Positions 1-8,979 are shown, counted from the first letter of the stretch. The stretch: 17,426 nt of DNA from Candidatus Heimdallarchaeota archaeon (GCA_016840095.1 JAEOSZ010000023.1:1-17426), one strand, 5' to 3'. The notes: generated by a model from the sequence alone, not told the origin. Program-made: numbers and translations.

Positions 1-1110
1 GATGAAGTTCAAATAAATGTTAAAGCTCAAGGAAGTTCAATTAAGAAGGAACTATTCAAAGATGAAGGACCATATTTTATTGATATCCCTAATCAGAAAT
101 TATGGTCACCTGAAAGTCCATTTCTCTATGACTTAACTATAGAAATTCTTCGTAAAGGAGAAATAATTGACAAAGTTGAGAGTTATTTTGGAATGAGAAA
201 AATAAGTATCTTGCATGATAACTTCGGCTTTCCGAGATTAGCTTTAAACAATGAGATACTTTTCCAATGTGGGGTTCTGGATCAAGGCTATTGGCCTGAT
301 GGGTTATACACAGCTCCAACAGATGAAGCTTTGAAATTTGATATTGAACTTGCACAGCAATTTGGTTTCAATATGATTAGAAAACATCTAAAAGCTGAAC
401 CTTCCAGATGGTATTATCATTGTGATAGGTTGGGGATGTTGGTCTGGCAAGATATGCCGAATGGTGGAAGTTTCTTTGCTGGAATAGTAGGATATCTGGT
501 TAATGGCAAATTTAGCTTTCGATATGGAAGATACAAGAAATCAGTGAAAAAACAATATTATACAGAATTGAAAGAGATGATAGATTCTCTTTACAACCAT
601 CCTTCTATAGTAGTCTGGGTTCCATTCAATGAAGGATATGGACAATTTGAGACCAAGCAAGTAACAGATTATATTAGAGTTTTAGACAGTTCTAGATTGA
701 TTAATAGCGTCAGTGGCTGGGTTGATAAGAAAACTGGTGATATCAGAGATATTCATAAGTATCCTGGTCCTGCAATACCACCTCTTGAATACTACAGAGT
801 AGCAACTCTTGGAGAATTTGGTGGTTTCGGTTACAAGATGCAGGGACACTTGTGGACAGCAAAAAAAGAATGGTCATACAAAAGATTTGATTCTCAAGAA
901 AATTTAGCAGATGCATATGCCGAGCTTCTCGTAGAAACTTTGGTACTTCGACATACAGGTTTAGGTGCTTCAATATATACCCAGTTGACAGATGTAGAGC
1001 ATGAAATAAATGGTCTAATCACCTACGATAGAAAGATTCCTAAAATGGATTTCTCTCATGTAAAAGAATTTAATGAAAAGCTCTACAAAGAAGAAGATGA
1101 AGAGGGTTAG
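1..1110 (+). CDS. Glycoside hydrolase family 2 (beta-galactosidase/beta-glucuronidase-like), 5'-truncated by the window edge
   Basis: Frame +1 is open from base 1 (DEVQINVKAQ...KLWSPESPFLYDLTIE...SYFGMRKI), so the ATG at 193 is internal. GH2 motifs: WSPESPFLY, GVLDQGYWPDGLYTAP, GFNMIRKHLK, YYHCDRLGMLVWQD, NHPSIVVWVPFNEG (acid/base Glu) and LGEFGG (nucleophile). Confidence 0.93.
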   Translation, partial: DEVQINVKAQGSSIKKELFKDEGPYFIDIPNQKLWSPESPFLYDLTIEILRKGEIIDKVESYFGMRKISILHDNFGFPRLALNNEILFQCGVLDQGYWPDGLYTAPTDEALKFDIELAQQFGFNMIRKHLKAEPSRWYYHCDRLGMLVWQDMPNGGSFFAGIVGYLVNGKFSFRYGRYKKSVKKQYYTELKEMIDSLYNHPSIVVWVPFNEGYGQFETKQVTDYIRVLDSSRLINSVSGWVDKKTGDIRDIHKYPGPAIPPLEYYRVATLGEFGGFGYKMQGHLWTAKKEWSYKRFDSQENLADAYAELLVETLVLRHTGLGASIYTQLTDVEHEINGLITYDRKIPKMDFSHVKEFNEKLYKEEDEEG

Positions 1111-1127
1111 ATTATCTCTAGCTATTA

Positions 1128-1140
1128 TTTTCTGTTTTTT
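1128..1140 (+). terminator. Oligo-T tract, putative archaeal terminator after the GH2 gene
   Basis: TTTTCTGTTTTTT begins 18 bp after the TAG stop. Confidence 0.45.
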
Positions 1141-1148
1141 CGATTCTC

Positions 1149-1163
1149 AAGCTAGTTTATAAA
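1149..1163 (+). promoter_or_regulatory. Putative BRE/TATA promoter, probably a leaderless transcript
   Basis: AAGCTAG-TTTATAAA, with the TATA at 1156-1163, ends 28 bp before the ATG at 1192. Confidence 0.55.
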
Positions 1164-1191
1164 GGCCCTCACTAATGTTAGACTGAGATAG

Positions 1192-1407
1192 ATGACTCAA
1201 CTATTAGTTTATGACATTCCAGATATGCATTGTAAGCAATGTGCTAAAGTATTAAGATTAGCTCTTGGTTTCACTGCAGGAGTGGAAAAAACAGAAATCA
1301 GTTTGGAGAATCTAAATGCATCTATCTCAATTGATCCTAGGATTATTTCAAAAACAAAAATCAAAGCTATAATTGTAGCTTTAGGTTTTTCTGCTATGCT
1401 TCTTTAG
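1192..1407 (+). CDS. Stand-alone heavy-metal-associated (HMA) domain protein, divergent CopZ-like
   Basis: 71 aa with a DMHCKQC metal-binding motif, GVEKTEISL and a C-terminal ALGF loop matching the HMA ferredoxin-like pattern. Confidence 0.85.
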   Translation: MTQLLVYDIPDMHCKQCAKVLRLALGFTAGVEKTEISLENLNASISIDPRIISKTKIKAIIVALGFSAMLL

Positions 1408-1464
1408 CTCTTTTTTACAAAAGGTTAATAATTCTCATCATGTATAGTACATGGTTGTCTGTAG

Positions 1465-3282
1465 GTGGCTTCATTGACTATCACACTTGAAGATATAATA
1501 GAGAAAAAAAATTCAGGGAAGTTCGGAGAAGCTTTAGAATTAGTAGAATTATATCTAAAAAAAGAGAAATTAGAGGATGATAAGTTATTTGAAGCTCAGA
1601 AACTTCGAATATTGATTCTAAAAGATCTTCGTAAATTCAGTGAATCTTCAGAGTTTTGTAATAGTCTTCTTGAGAATTTAGGAAAAACAAAGAATGAATT
1701 AAAAATTATAAAAACAATGCTTGTAAAAGCTGAAATTCTAGTAAACTCAGGTGAAACAGAAGAATTTTTCTCAATAATAAAAGAAATAGAACTTAGAATA
1801 AAAGAGAATTTCAAAGCTGATACTACTGACTTCAACAGACTACAAGGGCATACACTCCATTTAAAAGCTGAATCCTTCTTTAGGAGAAATTTATTTTCAG
1901 AAGCAATTGATATTTCTCAAAGAAGTCTGGAATTAAGAGAAAAAACAGGTATTAAAGAAGACATATGCTATTCTCTTGATCTCCTCTCTACAGCATGCTT
2001 TTGGGTAGGTAAAGTAGATGAAGGATTGGTATATGTTGAAAGAGCTCTTAAGATTCTTGAAGAATATAAGAATCCTTTCTTGAAACTTGAAGTTCAAAGT
2101 GTGTATTCAAATCTTCAAATCCATAAAGGGAACTATGAATTAGCTGTAAGTTTAAGACGCGAAAATCAAAGATTAGCAAAAGAGTTAGATCTAGAATCCC
2201 TTTATTACACTAACAAAATAACTGAATCATGGCCACAGATTTACTTAGGTAATTATCAATTAGCTGAAGACCTAGCTTCAGAAGGCATAAAATACTTTAT
2301 AGAAAATAAACCAGAGTTTATTGGTAGCTTGGACTACAATTTCTTAAGTTTGGCTCAAATAGCACTTGGAAAATATAATGAAGCTCTAGAGAATGCCTAT
2401 GAAAGCCTGAGGATAGCTGAAGAAATGGAATATCCAGTTTTTGAAGCGATTGCGATTGCCCGTTTAGGTGAGGTATATAGGAGATTAGGTGATATAGAGA
2501 AAGCACTAGAATTCAGATTGAGAAGTGTTGACTATTTTTCCTATTTCAAGAGTCAATTTCATAAAGCTCATATCCTAGTTGATCTTATCGAAATATTTCT
2601 AGACAAAAATGAACTTACAGAAGCAGAGAAGTACTTAGAAGTCTTTAAACAAGCTATTGCTGAAGAAAAAATAGATTTTAGTAGACATAGATATCTATAT
2701 TGTGAAGCTCAAATCTATATGAAGAAATCGGAGACGAGAGACAAGGGAAAAGGGGAAATACTTCTAGAGAAGTTATTAGAGGAAGAAGGAATAGAATTTG
2801 CATTAAAAATCCAAAGCTTGTTCTCTTTGTGCAATTTTTACTTAACTGAATTTCAAATCTCAGGAGATGAAGCTTTAGGTAATAAACTCAACAAATACTT
2901 AAAGCAACTGATTGAACTGGCAAAAGATAAACAACTAATCAATCTTTTAATTGAAATTTATCTATTACAATCGAAACTTGCTTCGGTAAATGTGGAAATT
3001 CAAAAAGCACAAAATTATCTCGAAAAAGCGTTAACTTTAGCAGAAATAGAGAATTATGAAGAATTATCAATCAAAGTAAAGAATGAACAATCATTACTAA
3101 GTTCTAGATTAAAATCTTGGAGAGAGATTATCAGTGATGAAAAACCATTAATTGAAAAATTGAAGACAGTTAACATTAATGAGACTCTAGCTACTATGAA
3201 AAAGCAGATTGATCATGTTGTTATAGAGGAAAATAGAAGTGATCCTGTAAAACTTACTAAGATTTTTTCATTGAAAATATAG
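1465..3282 (+). CDS. Tetratricopeptide-repeat (TPR) protein, Asgard-type
   Basis: 605 aa, GTG start, all-helical. Repeated TPR-like units such as GKVDEGLVYVERALKI, GKYNEALENAYESLRIAEE and LGEVYRRLGDIEKALEF. C-terminal LLQSKLASVNVEIQKAQNYLEKALTLAE block and KIFSLKI end. No enzymatic domain is evident. Confidence 0.85.
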   Translation: MASLTITLEDIIEKKNSGKFGEALELVELYLKKEKLEDDKLFEAQKLRILILKDLRKFSESSEFCNSLLENLGKTKNELKIIKTMLVKAEILVNSGETEEFFSIIKEIELRIKENFKADTTDFNRLQGHTLHLKAESFFRRNLFSEAIDISQRSLELREKTGIKEDICYSLDLLSTACFWVGKVDEGLVYVERALKILEEYKNPFLKLEVQSVYSNLQIHKGNYELAVSLRRENQRLAKELDLESLYYTNKITESWPQIYLGNYQLAEDLASEGIKYFIENKPEFIGSLDYNFLSLAQIALGKYNEALENAYESLRIAEEMEYPVFEAIAIARLGEVYRRLGDIEKALEFRLRSVDYFSYFKSQFHKAHILVDLIEIFLDKNELTEAEKYLEVFKQAIAEEKIDFSRHRYLYCEAQIYMKKSETRDKGKGEILLEKLLEEEGIEFALKIQSLFSLCNFYLTEFQISGDEALGNKLNKYLKQLIELAKDKQLINLLIEIYLLQSKLASVNVEIQKAQNYLEKALTLAEIENYEELSIKVKNEQSLLSSRLKSWREIISDEKPLIEKLKTVNINETLATMKKQIDHVVIEENRSDPVKLTKIFSLKI

Positions 3283-3292
3283 AAGAATTGAT

Positions 3293-4234
3293 TTAATCGA
3301 TCTTTTCTACATTTCTATTAGGTTTCCTATTTACAGCAAATTTGAATACATCAGGTCTAGCATAGTGACCCGCTACATCAAACAATCTCTTTGATGAACT
3401 TATTTGCTTTAAATCAATATCAGCGTAAATGATTTCTTCCTTCCCTTTGACAGGACCAGCTATTATCTCTCCTTTTGGATTTATAATACAGCTGTTTCCT
3501 ATATTGATCCATTCTCGTTCTGTTGGGTATTCTTTCTTGAGTTCCAAATTATCAGGAATATCATCCATCTTCAATGGCATACAACAGTTAATCAAAAACA
3601 ATCCCCCTTCTCGAGCAATGTGCTGCATACTTGAAATCCAATTTGAACTCTTATCCCAAGTTGGAGTAGCAAGTATTTGAATACCTTCTGAATACATGGC
3701 TGTTCTTGCTAAAGGCATATAGTTTTCCCAGCAGATTAATCCACCCAGTTTACCAATAGCTGTATTGAAGACTTCTAAGGTACTTCCATCACCTGGTGCC
3801 CAAACCAATCTTTCTCCTCCAGTAGCTATTAACTTCCTATGTTTTCCCAATATTTCTCCTTTATTATCGATAAAAATCAAAGTATTATAGAGACTACTAT
3901 TACTTGCTTCACTATTTCGCTCATTTAAGCCCATAATTACATGAATATCTGCTTCTTTTGCAGCATCACATAATTGTTTTGTATATTTATCAGGAATTGT
4001 GATAGCATTTTCAATTAATTTAGTATAATATTCATTAAGTTGTGCTGATTTGTAATTTGGAACAACCCATACCCAATCTGGATATCCTGGAATAAAAGCT
4101 TCTGGAAAAACTATCAGCTTTGCTCCATTATTTCCTGCCTCATGAATAATTTCTTTGGCTTTCTGAACTGTTTTTTCTTTATCTAGATAAATTGGAGCTA
4201 CTTGAGCAGCTGCGACTTTTAATGTGTCAGTCAT
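3293..4234 (-). CDS. Nitrilase (carbon-nitrogen hydrolase, branch 1)
   Basis: Glu-Lys-Cys triad in FPEAF, HRKL and ICWENY, plus KVAAAQ at the N-terminus and DVAGHYARPDVF at the C-terminus. Start revised to ATG 4234 (MTDTLKVAAAQ), which has a GAGGA SD-like motif upstream; 313 aa. Confidence 0.93.
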   Translation of the reverse strand: MTDTLKVAAAQVAPIYLDKEKTVQKAKEIIHEAGNNGAKLIVFPEAFIPGYPDWVWVVPNYKSAQLNEYYTKLIENAITIPDKYTKQLCDAAKEADIHVIMGLNERNSEASNSSLYNTLIFIDNKGEILGKHRKLIATGGERLVWAPGDGSTLEVFNTAIGKLGGLICWENYMPLARTAMYSEGIQILATPTWDKSSNWISSMQHIAREGGLFLINCCMPLKMDDIPDNLELKKEYPTEREWINIGNSCIINPKGEIIAGPVKGKEEIIYADIDLKQISSSKRLFDVAGHYARPDVFKFAVNRKPNRNVEKID

Positions 4235-4292
4235 AAAAAATATCCTCAACTGGAATTCTTTACATGTAGATTTAAGAGTAAGCATTCACCAA

Positions 4293-4308
4293 TTTTTTTT
4301 TTTTTTTT
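4293..4308. repeat. T16 homopolymer in the divergent nitrilase/copZ intergenic region
   Basis: 16 consecutive T, by far the longest run in the window. Confidence 0.9.
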
Positions 4309-4321
4309 GTAAAACCGATAG

Positions 4322-4331
4322 TTATTATAAA
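4322..4331 (+). promoter_or_regulatory. Putative TATA box for copZ(-copA)
   Basis: TTATTATAAA ends 27 bp before ATG 4359; AGTGA SD-like motif just before the start. Confidence 0.5.
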
Positions 4332-4358
4332 CTGAAAACAGAGATTCAAGTGATAAAT

Positions 4359-4571
4359 ATGGATAAAGTAATTCTAAATGTAACAGGAATGACTTGTGGT
4401 CATTGCCAAATGTCAGTAGCTAAAGCTCTGAAAGAAGTTTCTGGAGTAAAATCTGCAGAGGTAAGTTTAGAAAAGAATACAGCTGTAGTTGAGTTCAAAA
4501 CAGGCAAAACTACTCCTGAAGTCATGATTAAAGCAATTGAAGATGCTGGATACAAAGCAGTTGTTGCATGA
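4359..4571 (+). CDS. copZ: Copper chaperone CopZ (HMA domain)
   Basis: 70 aa, MDKVILNVTGMTCGHC...AIEDAGYKA with the canonical GMTCxxC and GY loop, directly upstream of copA. Start revised from 4224 because that extension runs through the poly-T tract and overlaps the nitrilase start. Confidence 0.92.
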   Translation: MDKVILNVTGMTCGHCQMSVAKALKEVSGVKSAEVSLEKNTAVVEFKTGKTTPEVMIKAIEDAGYKAVVA

Positions 4572-4632
4572 AAATCACAATCTACTTATATTCTTTAAAA
4601 GTCTCTAATTACTAAAAAGTGGGAAATCTCTC

Positions 4633-6981
4633 ATGGAAGAAAATTTGGAAAAAAAGATGATCTCTGTTGAAGGAATGCACTGTGCTGCTTGTGTAACCCG
4701 AGTAGAGAAGGCAATTTCTTCTGTTGAAGGAGTTGATTCAGCTGCTGTTAATCTTGTCAGTCACAATGCACAACTTATTTATGATCCTTCGATAGCTAAA
4801 GAAAAACTGATTTTAAAAGCTATTGAAAAAGCAGGTTACAAAGCCTCTTTTGAGATTGATCAGCTTTCTTTCATGAAGAATAAACAGTTAATTGATATGC
4901 GATGGAGATTTCTAGCAAGTTTAATTTTAGCACTACCAGTTTTTGTTTTTGCAATGGGACACATGATTCCATTTAACCTTTGGTTCCCTAACTTTGCTAA
5001 CTGGTTGATGAATACTTACATTTTCCCAGGTATGCTTCTCTCTAATTTCTTACAATTAATTCTCACAACACCAATACAATTTATTATTGCATACCCTTTT
5101 TACAAAGCAGCTTGGAAGAGTTTAATTAACAAAAGTGCATCAATGGATGTTCTAGTCGTTCTTGGAACAAGTGCTGCTTATTTCTACAGCTTGTTTTCAA
5201 TAATCTATGCCTTCTATGTACCAGCTTACCATGGTTCAGTATTCTTTGAAACTTCTGCAATTCTTCTCACGTTTATTTTCTTAGGTAAGTATCTTGAAGA
5301 GATAGCAAAAGGAAGAACATCGGAAGCGATTAAAAAATTGATAGAACTTCGACCTGATAGAGCTCTAGTTATACGTGATGGAGAAGAAATAGAAATTGCA
5401 ACTGATGACGTAGTTGTTGGAGACATTTGTTTAGTTAAACCTGGAGATAATGTTCCTGTTGATGGACGAATCATAGAAGGACAATCATATGTTAATGAAA
5501 GTATGATAACCGGAGAAAGTGTTTCTGTTTTCAAGGAAGCTGATGATGATTTAATTGGTGGAACTATTATCGAAAACGGTTTCATCAAAATGGAAACAAA
5601 AAGAGTCGGTGCAGATACTACATTAAATAGAATTATAACTATGGTTGATGAAGCTCAAACTAGTAAGATTCCAATTCAAAAACTAGCTGATAGAATTTCT
5701 GCTTGGTTTGTTCCAACTGTAGTTGTTATCTCTCTAATTACTTTTACTATCTGGTTTTTACTTTTCCAGTTCAATGTTATTGATATCAACACAATTCATG
5801 GAGGAGTTGCTGCAGGAATTAATTCTACTTTCTTATACTCATTTCTGTTAGCAATCACAGTTTTAGTGATATCTTGTCCATGTGCTCTAGGACTTGCTAC
5901 TCCTACAGCAATTATGGTAGGAACAGGTTTAGGAGCTCAAAATGGGATACTAATTCGAAGCGGAGAAGCTTTAGAGATTGCTAGAAATGTAAATGTAGTG
6001 CTATTCGATAAGACAGGCACTATAACCGAAGGTTCTCCAAAGGTTACTGATATAGATTCTAGAACAAAAGAGCATGATGAACTAGGAATTCTTAGAATAG
6101 CTGCTTCTTTAGAAAAAGGTTCTGAACATTCGATTGCAAAAGCTATTTTGAATAAATCAGAGGAAGAAGGATTAGAAGTCAAGATGATTGATAATTTCAA
6201 AGCTCATCCAGGTAAAGGTATAGAGGCAAAAATAGACGGAGTTCAATATGCTTTTGGTAATAGAAAATTGAGTAAGATTCTATCTGCAACTATAGAGGAA
6301 ACATTAGATCAGAGAATGAAAAAACTTGAAGAAGAAGGCAAAACTGTCATGTTATTAATTCAAGAGAGTATAACAATCGGATTTATAGCAGTATCTGATA
6401 CAATCAAAACCAATTCCGTAGAAGCAATTGAGCAACTTCAAAATATGGGATTAAAGGTTGTAATGGTAAGTGGAGATAATATTAGAGCAGCTAAAGCAAT
6501 TGCTAAAGAGGTTGGAATTGAAGAAGTTCATGCAGAAGTTTTACCTGAAGAAAAAGTAGATATTGTTTCGAAGTATCAAGATCAAAAACTCAAAGTCCTA
6601 TTTGTAGGAGATGGAATAAATGATGCACCTGCTCTAGCAAAAGCTGATGTTGGTATTGCTATAGGTTCTGGAACTGATGTAGCGATAGAAAGTGGAGAAA
6701 TTGTATTAGTTAAAGATGATTTGAGAGATGTTGTTACTGCTATTGATTTAAGCAAAAGAACTATCAGAAAGGTGAAAATGGGCTTGTTTTGGGCCTTGAT
6801 TTATAATACTCTAGGTATTCCAATTGCTGCAGGAATTTTAATTCCTATTGGTTTTCTTTTGCCAGCAGAATTAGCAGGTTTAGCAATGGCACTTTCTTCT
6901 GTTTCTGTCGTAACCAATTCATTATTACTTAAACGATATAAGAATCCTTTTGCAAGAAAAAAGTCTTCTGTAAAATTATAG
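4633..6981 (+). CDS. copA: Cu(I)-translocating P1B-1 ATPase CopA
   Basis: One N-terminal GMHCAAC metal-binding domain; TGES, transmembrane CPC, DKTGT phosphorylation site, SEH(S), GDGINDAP, and the YN and MALSS transmembrane motifs diagnostic of P1B-1. Confidence 0.96.
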   Translation: MEENLEKKMISVEGMHCAACVTRVEKAISSVEGVDSAAVNLVSHNAQLIYDPSIAKEKLILKAIEKAGYKASFEIDQLSFMKNKQLIDMRWRFLASLILALPVFVFAMGHMIPFNLWFPNFANWLMNTYIFPGMLLSNFLQLILTTPIQFIIAYPFYKAAWKSLINKSASMDVLVVLGTSAAYFYSLFSIIYAFYVPAYHGSVFFETSAILLTFIFLGKYLEEIAKGRTSEAIKKLIELRPDRALVIRDGEEIEIATDDVVVGDICLVKPGDNVPVDGRIIEGQSYVNESMITGESVSVFKEADDDLIGGTIIENGFIKMETKRVGADTTLNRIITMVDEAQTSKIPIQKLADRISAWFVPTVVVISLITFTIWFLLFQFNVIDINTIHGGVAAGINSTFLYSFLLAITVLVISCPCALGLATPTAIMVGTGLGAQNGILIRSGEALEIARNVNVVLFDKTGTITEGSPKVTDIDSRTKEHDELGILRIAASLEKGSEHSIAKAILNKSEEEGLEVKMIDNFKAHPGKGIEAKIDGVQYAFGNRKLSKILSATIEETLDQRMKKLEEEGKTVMLLIQESITIGFIAVSDTIKTNSVEAIEQLQNMGLKVVMVSGDNIRAAKAIAKEVGIEEVHAEVLPEEKVDIVSKYQDQKLKVLFVGDGINDAPALAKADVGIAIGSGTDVAIESGEIVLVKDDLRDVVTAIDLSKRTIRKVKMGLFWALIYNTLGIPIAAGILIPIGFLLPAELAGLAMALSSVSVVTNSLLLKRYKNPFARKKSSVKL

Positions 6982-7076
6982 TTTTTCTAAAAGTTTTCGA
7001 AAAGTGATTCAAGCACTTATTAATGTTCTTGAAGGTCTGAACGATAATTAGAATGATTTTGTCGTAATATATATGA

Positions 7077-7592
7077 GTGTCTCAGCATTTGATATTATTG
7101 ATGATTAGTATAGCTTTAGATTTATCAAATAAACAGAAGAAAACTAGTATAGATTATATTGGTTCTGTTACATTTCCTACTGGTTATATTGAACATCTAA
7201 TAAAAGGACTTGATTATACTTCATTTCTCCCGTTCATTATGAATAAACCAAGTAGACAGTTTTTTATCTATTGGCAACCTTATGTAAAAAGTTCTCTGTC
7301 TCTTGAATATCTCTCTGATTTAAGGTCTAGATTGGTTCACAAATATTATGTTGGAGACCTGATGAGAGTTATAGATCTTAAGATAGATGATTTTAGAGAT
7401 AAAGAAGTTTATCTTTTCTCTGGAATATGGGAAAATGAGAAGTTTAAGCTTAAAGGAGTGTTTGAGACAATAGCCTTCAAACATAATGATTTTTTAGTAT
7501 TATTTGATATCTCCACAACTGAAAAAGACCCGAATGGAAAAGCCATGAAAGAACTAAGAAATATTAGGTCTACTTTGGAGATAAAAAATTAA
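7077..7592 (+). CDS. Hypothetical protein, possibly similar to the C-terminal part of DUF4837
   Basis: 171-aa ORF (GTG start; alternative ATG 7101). The pattern FFIYW...R..LVHKYYVGD...F...VYLFSGIWEN....GVFETIAF...MKELRNIRSTL recalls bacterial DUF4837 proteins (recognised from memory, not searched). Confidence 0.55.
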   Translation: MSQHLILLMISIALDLSNKQKKTSIDYIGSVTFPTGYIEHLIKGLDYTSFLPFIMNKPSRQFFIYWQPYVKSSLSLEYLSDLRSRLVHKYYVGDLMRVIDLKIDDFRDKEVYLFSGIWENEKFKLKGVFETIAFKHNDFLVLFDISTTEKDPNGKAMKELRNIRSTLEIKN

Positions 7593-7626
7593 TTTTTGAA
7601 AGAAAATTTATCTTCTGTTGGCAACA

Positions 7627-7634
7627 TTTATATA
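7627..7634 (+). promoter_or_regulatory. Putative TATA box; AGGAG SD-like motif at 7668-7672
   Basis: CAACA-TTTATATA about 46 bp before ATG 7681. Confidence 0.5.
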
Positions 7635-7680
7635 TATCTCAGCGATGATTCGCAAGAGAATATTATTAGGAGTCTCATAG

Positions 7681-8910
7681 ATGAAGATTAATAAGAAATC
7701 TGTTTATGTTGTTTTAGTGTCTGTTCTAGTGTTTTCATCAATTCCCAATTATACACTTGCTATAGAAACTTTTGCGGATTATTTCCCACTTCTCTCAGAA
7801 GCAAATGCAGGTGAATATATTTTGGTCTATGAAAGAGATCTCATTTCTAATGAAGTCGTTTATGATCGAGGTCTTTACTCGAGACACATTAAACAGACAC
7901 CAACAGAATTTCAAACTATAGAAGTTGACGACACATATATCAGTCCGTGGTCACTTGTATATGAAAATGTGACTGTAGATTTAAATCGTACAGCTCTGGC
8001 AAAATATGAAGAAACAGTCTATCTTTTTGCAGCTGCTGAAGAATCGAATGATGGTAATTTGACTATAGTTGCTACTGAAACAGAAGATAATGGAGATACT
8101 TGGTCTGATTTTGTGTTTGTAAGAAATACAACACTACCATTTGATAATTTCTATTGTTTTGATGTTACTAACAAAGGAACAAATCTCTATTTGGCATATA
8201 GTTTCAATCAAGCTGGTGATAAAACACAAGTTATGCAAATAGATCCTATAAGTTATGCAATTTTATCGGAATCCCAAGCTGGCAACTTTTTCGGTTCTGA
8301 CTTTGATTTATACACATATACTGATAGAGTTTACATAACCTCTACTGAACCTCTACTCCAAGATCAAGTTAGGGTAACCTATACAACGACAGGAAATGGT
8401 ATTGAAGGTCCAACATTGTTAATTGATGCTCCTCAAGTAAAAATAGATGAGTTCAATCCAACTTTGGTTAGATGGAATGATGGTTTCTTCTTAGCAGCTC
8501 ACGATAAACTCACTGATGAGTTCAACCCAGCACAAAATATCACTTTTGATGAATATTATCTCTGGGGTGCTTGGTTTGAGGATGTTGATGAAGCAGGTTC
8601 TCTCGTTCATCATACAGTTGTTAAAGATGTAGCTGATGGATACTTTAGAAAAGATCCAACTTTATCGATTTATGAAGGTAGAATATTCATCTCTTATCAA
8701 GTTGGAGAAGGAAGCAGATTTGGTAGTGGAGGAACACCTGATATTACTTTTGCTTTCTCTGCTGATGCCCAGACATGGACCAAAGACTTTGTTGGTAAAA
8801 TCAGTATTTTTCTAAATCCAGGTGCATATTTTGTTATTGCAACATTAGGTTGTTTTGCTATAGCACTTCCAACATTACATTTCTATGATAAACGCAAGAA
8901 AGGAAAGTAA
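7681..8910 (+). CDS. Secreted, C-terminally membrane-anchored protein with Asp-box/BNR motifs (sialidase-like beta-propeller)
   Basis: Signal peptide MKINKKSVYVVLVSVLVF; Asp-box TEDNGDTWS and degenerate SADAQTWT; propeller-like PTL motifs; C-terminal TM helix followed by KRKKGK; several N-x-S/T sequons. Confidence 0.7.
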   Translation: MKINKKSVYVVLVSVLVFSSIPNYTLAIETFADYFPLLSEANAGEYILVYERDLISNEVVYDRGLYSRHIKQTPTEFQTIEVDDTYISPWSLVYENVTVDLNRTALAKYEETVYLFAAAEESNDGNLTIVATETEDNGDTWSDFVFVRNTTLPFDNFYCFDVTNKGTNLYLAYSFNQAGDKTQVMQIDPISYAILSESQAGNFFGSDFDLYTYTDRVYITSTEPLLQDQVRVTYTTTGNGIEGPTLLIDAPQVKIDEFNPTLVRWNDGFFLAAHDKLTDEFNPAQNITFDEYYLWGAWFEDVDEAGSLVHHTVVKDVADGYFRKDPTLSIYEGRIFISYQVGEGSRFGSGGTPDITFAFSADAQTWTKDFVGKISIFLNPGAYFVIATLGCFAIALPTLHFYDKRKKGK

Positions 8911-8979
8911 TTTCCTTTAAACACATTTTTTCATTTTTTATTTGATAAGTTTTAAAAAGCCTTAAGGTACTATTTAGTT

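Noticed and set aside
4261-4268. TACATGTA as a CopY 'cop box'
   Set aside because: The CopY consensus TACAnnTGTA needs a 2-nt spacer, and no CopY gene is present.
4235-4285. 17-aa N-terminal extension of the nitrilase
   Set aside because: Family similarity starts at MTDTLKVAAAQ, and a GAGGA SD-like motif precedes ATG 4234.
4224-4358. 45-aa N-terminal extension of CopZ containing FFFFF
   Set aside because: It comes from reading through the T16 tract and overlaps the nitrilase start. ATG 4359 has its own TATA and SD-like motifs and gives a canonical 70-aa CopZ.
137-6200. Short antisense ORFs (137-355, 743-973, 1596-1835, 2318-2506, 3429-3680, 5226-5588, 5937-6200)
   Set aside because: They are shadows lying wholly within well-supported genes on the opposite strand and carry no motifs.
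6983-7005. Imperfect direct repeat TTTTCTAAAAG / TTTTCGAAAAG after copA
   Set aside because: Only two short AT-rich units; more simply a terminator-like T-rich region, and not a CRISPR array or IS end.
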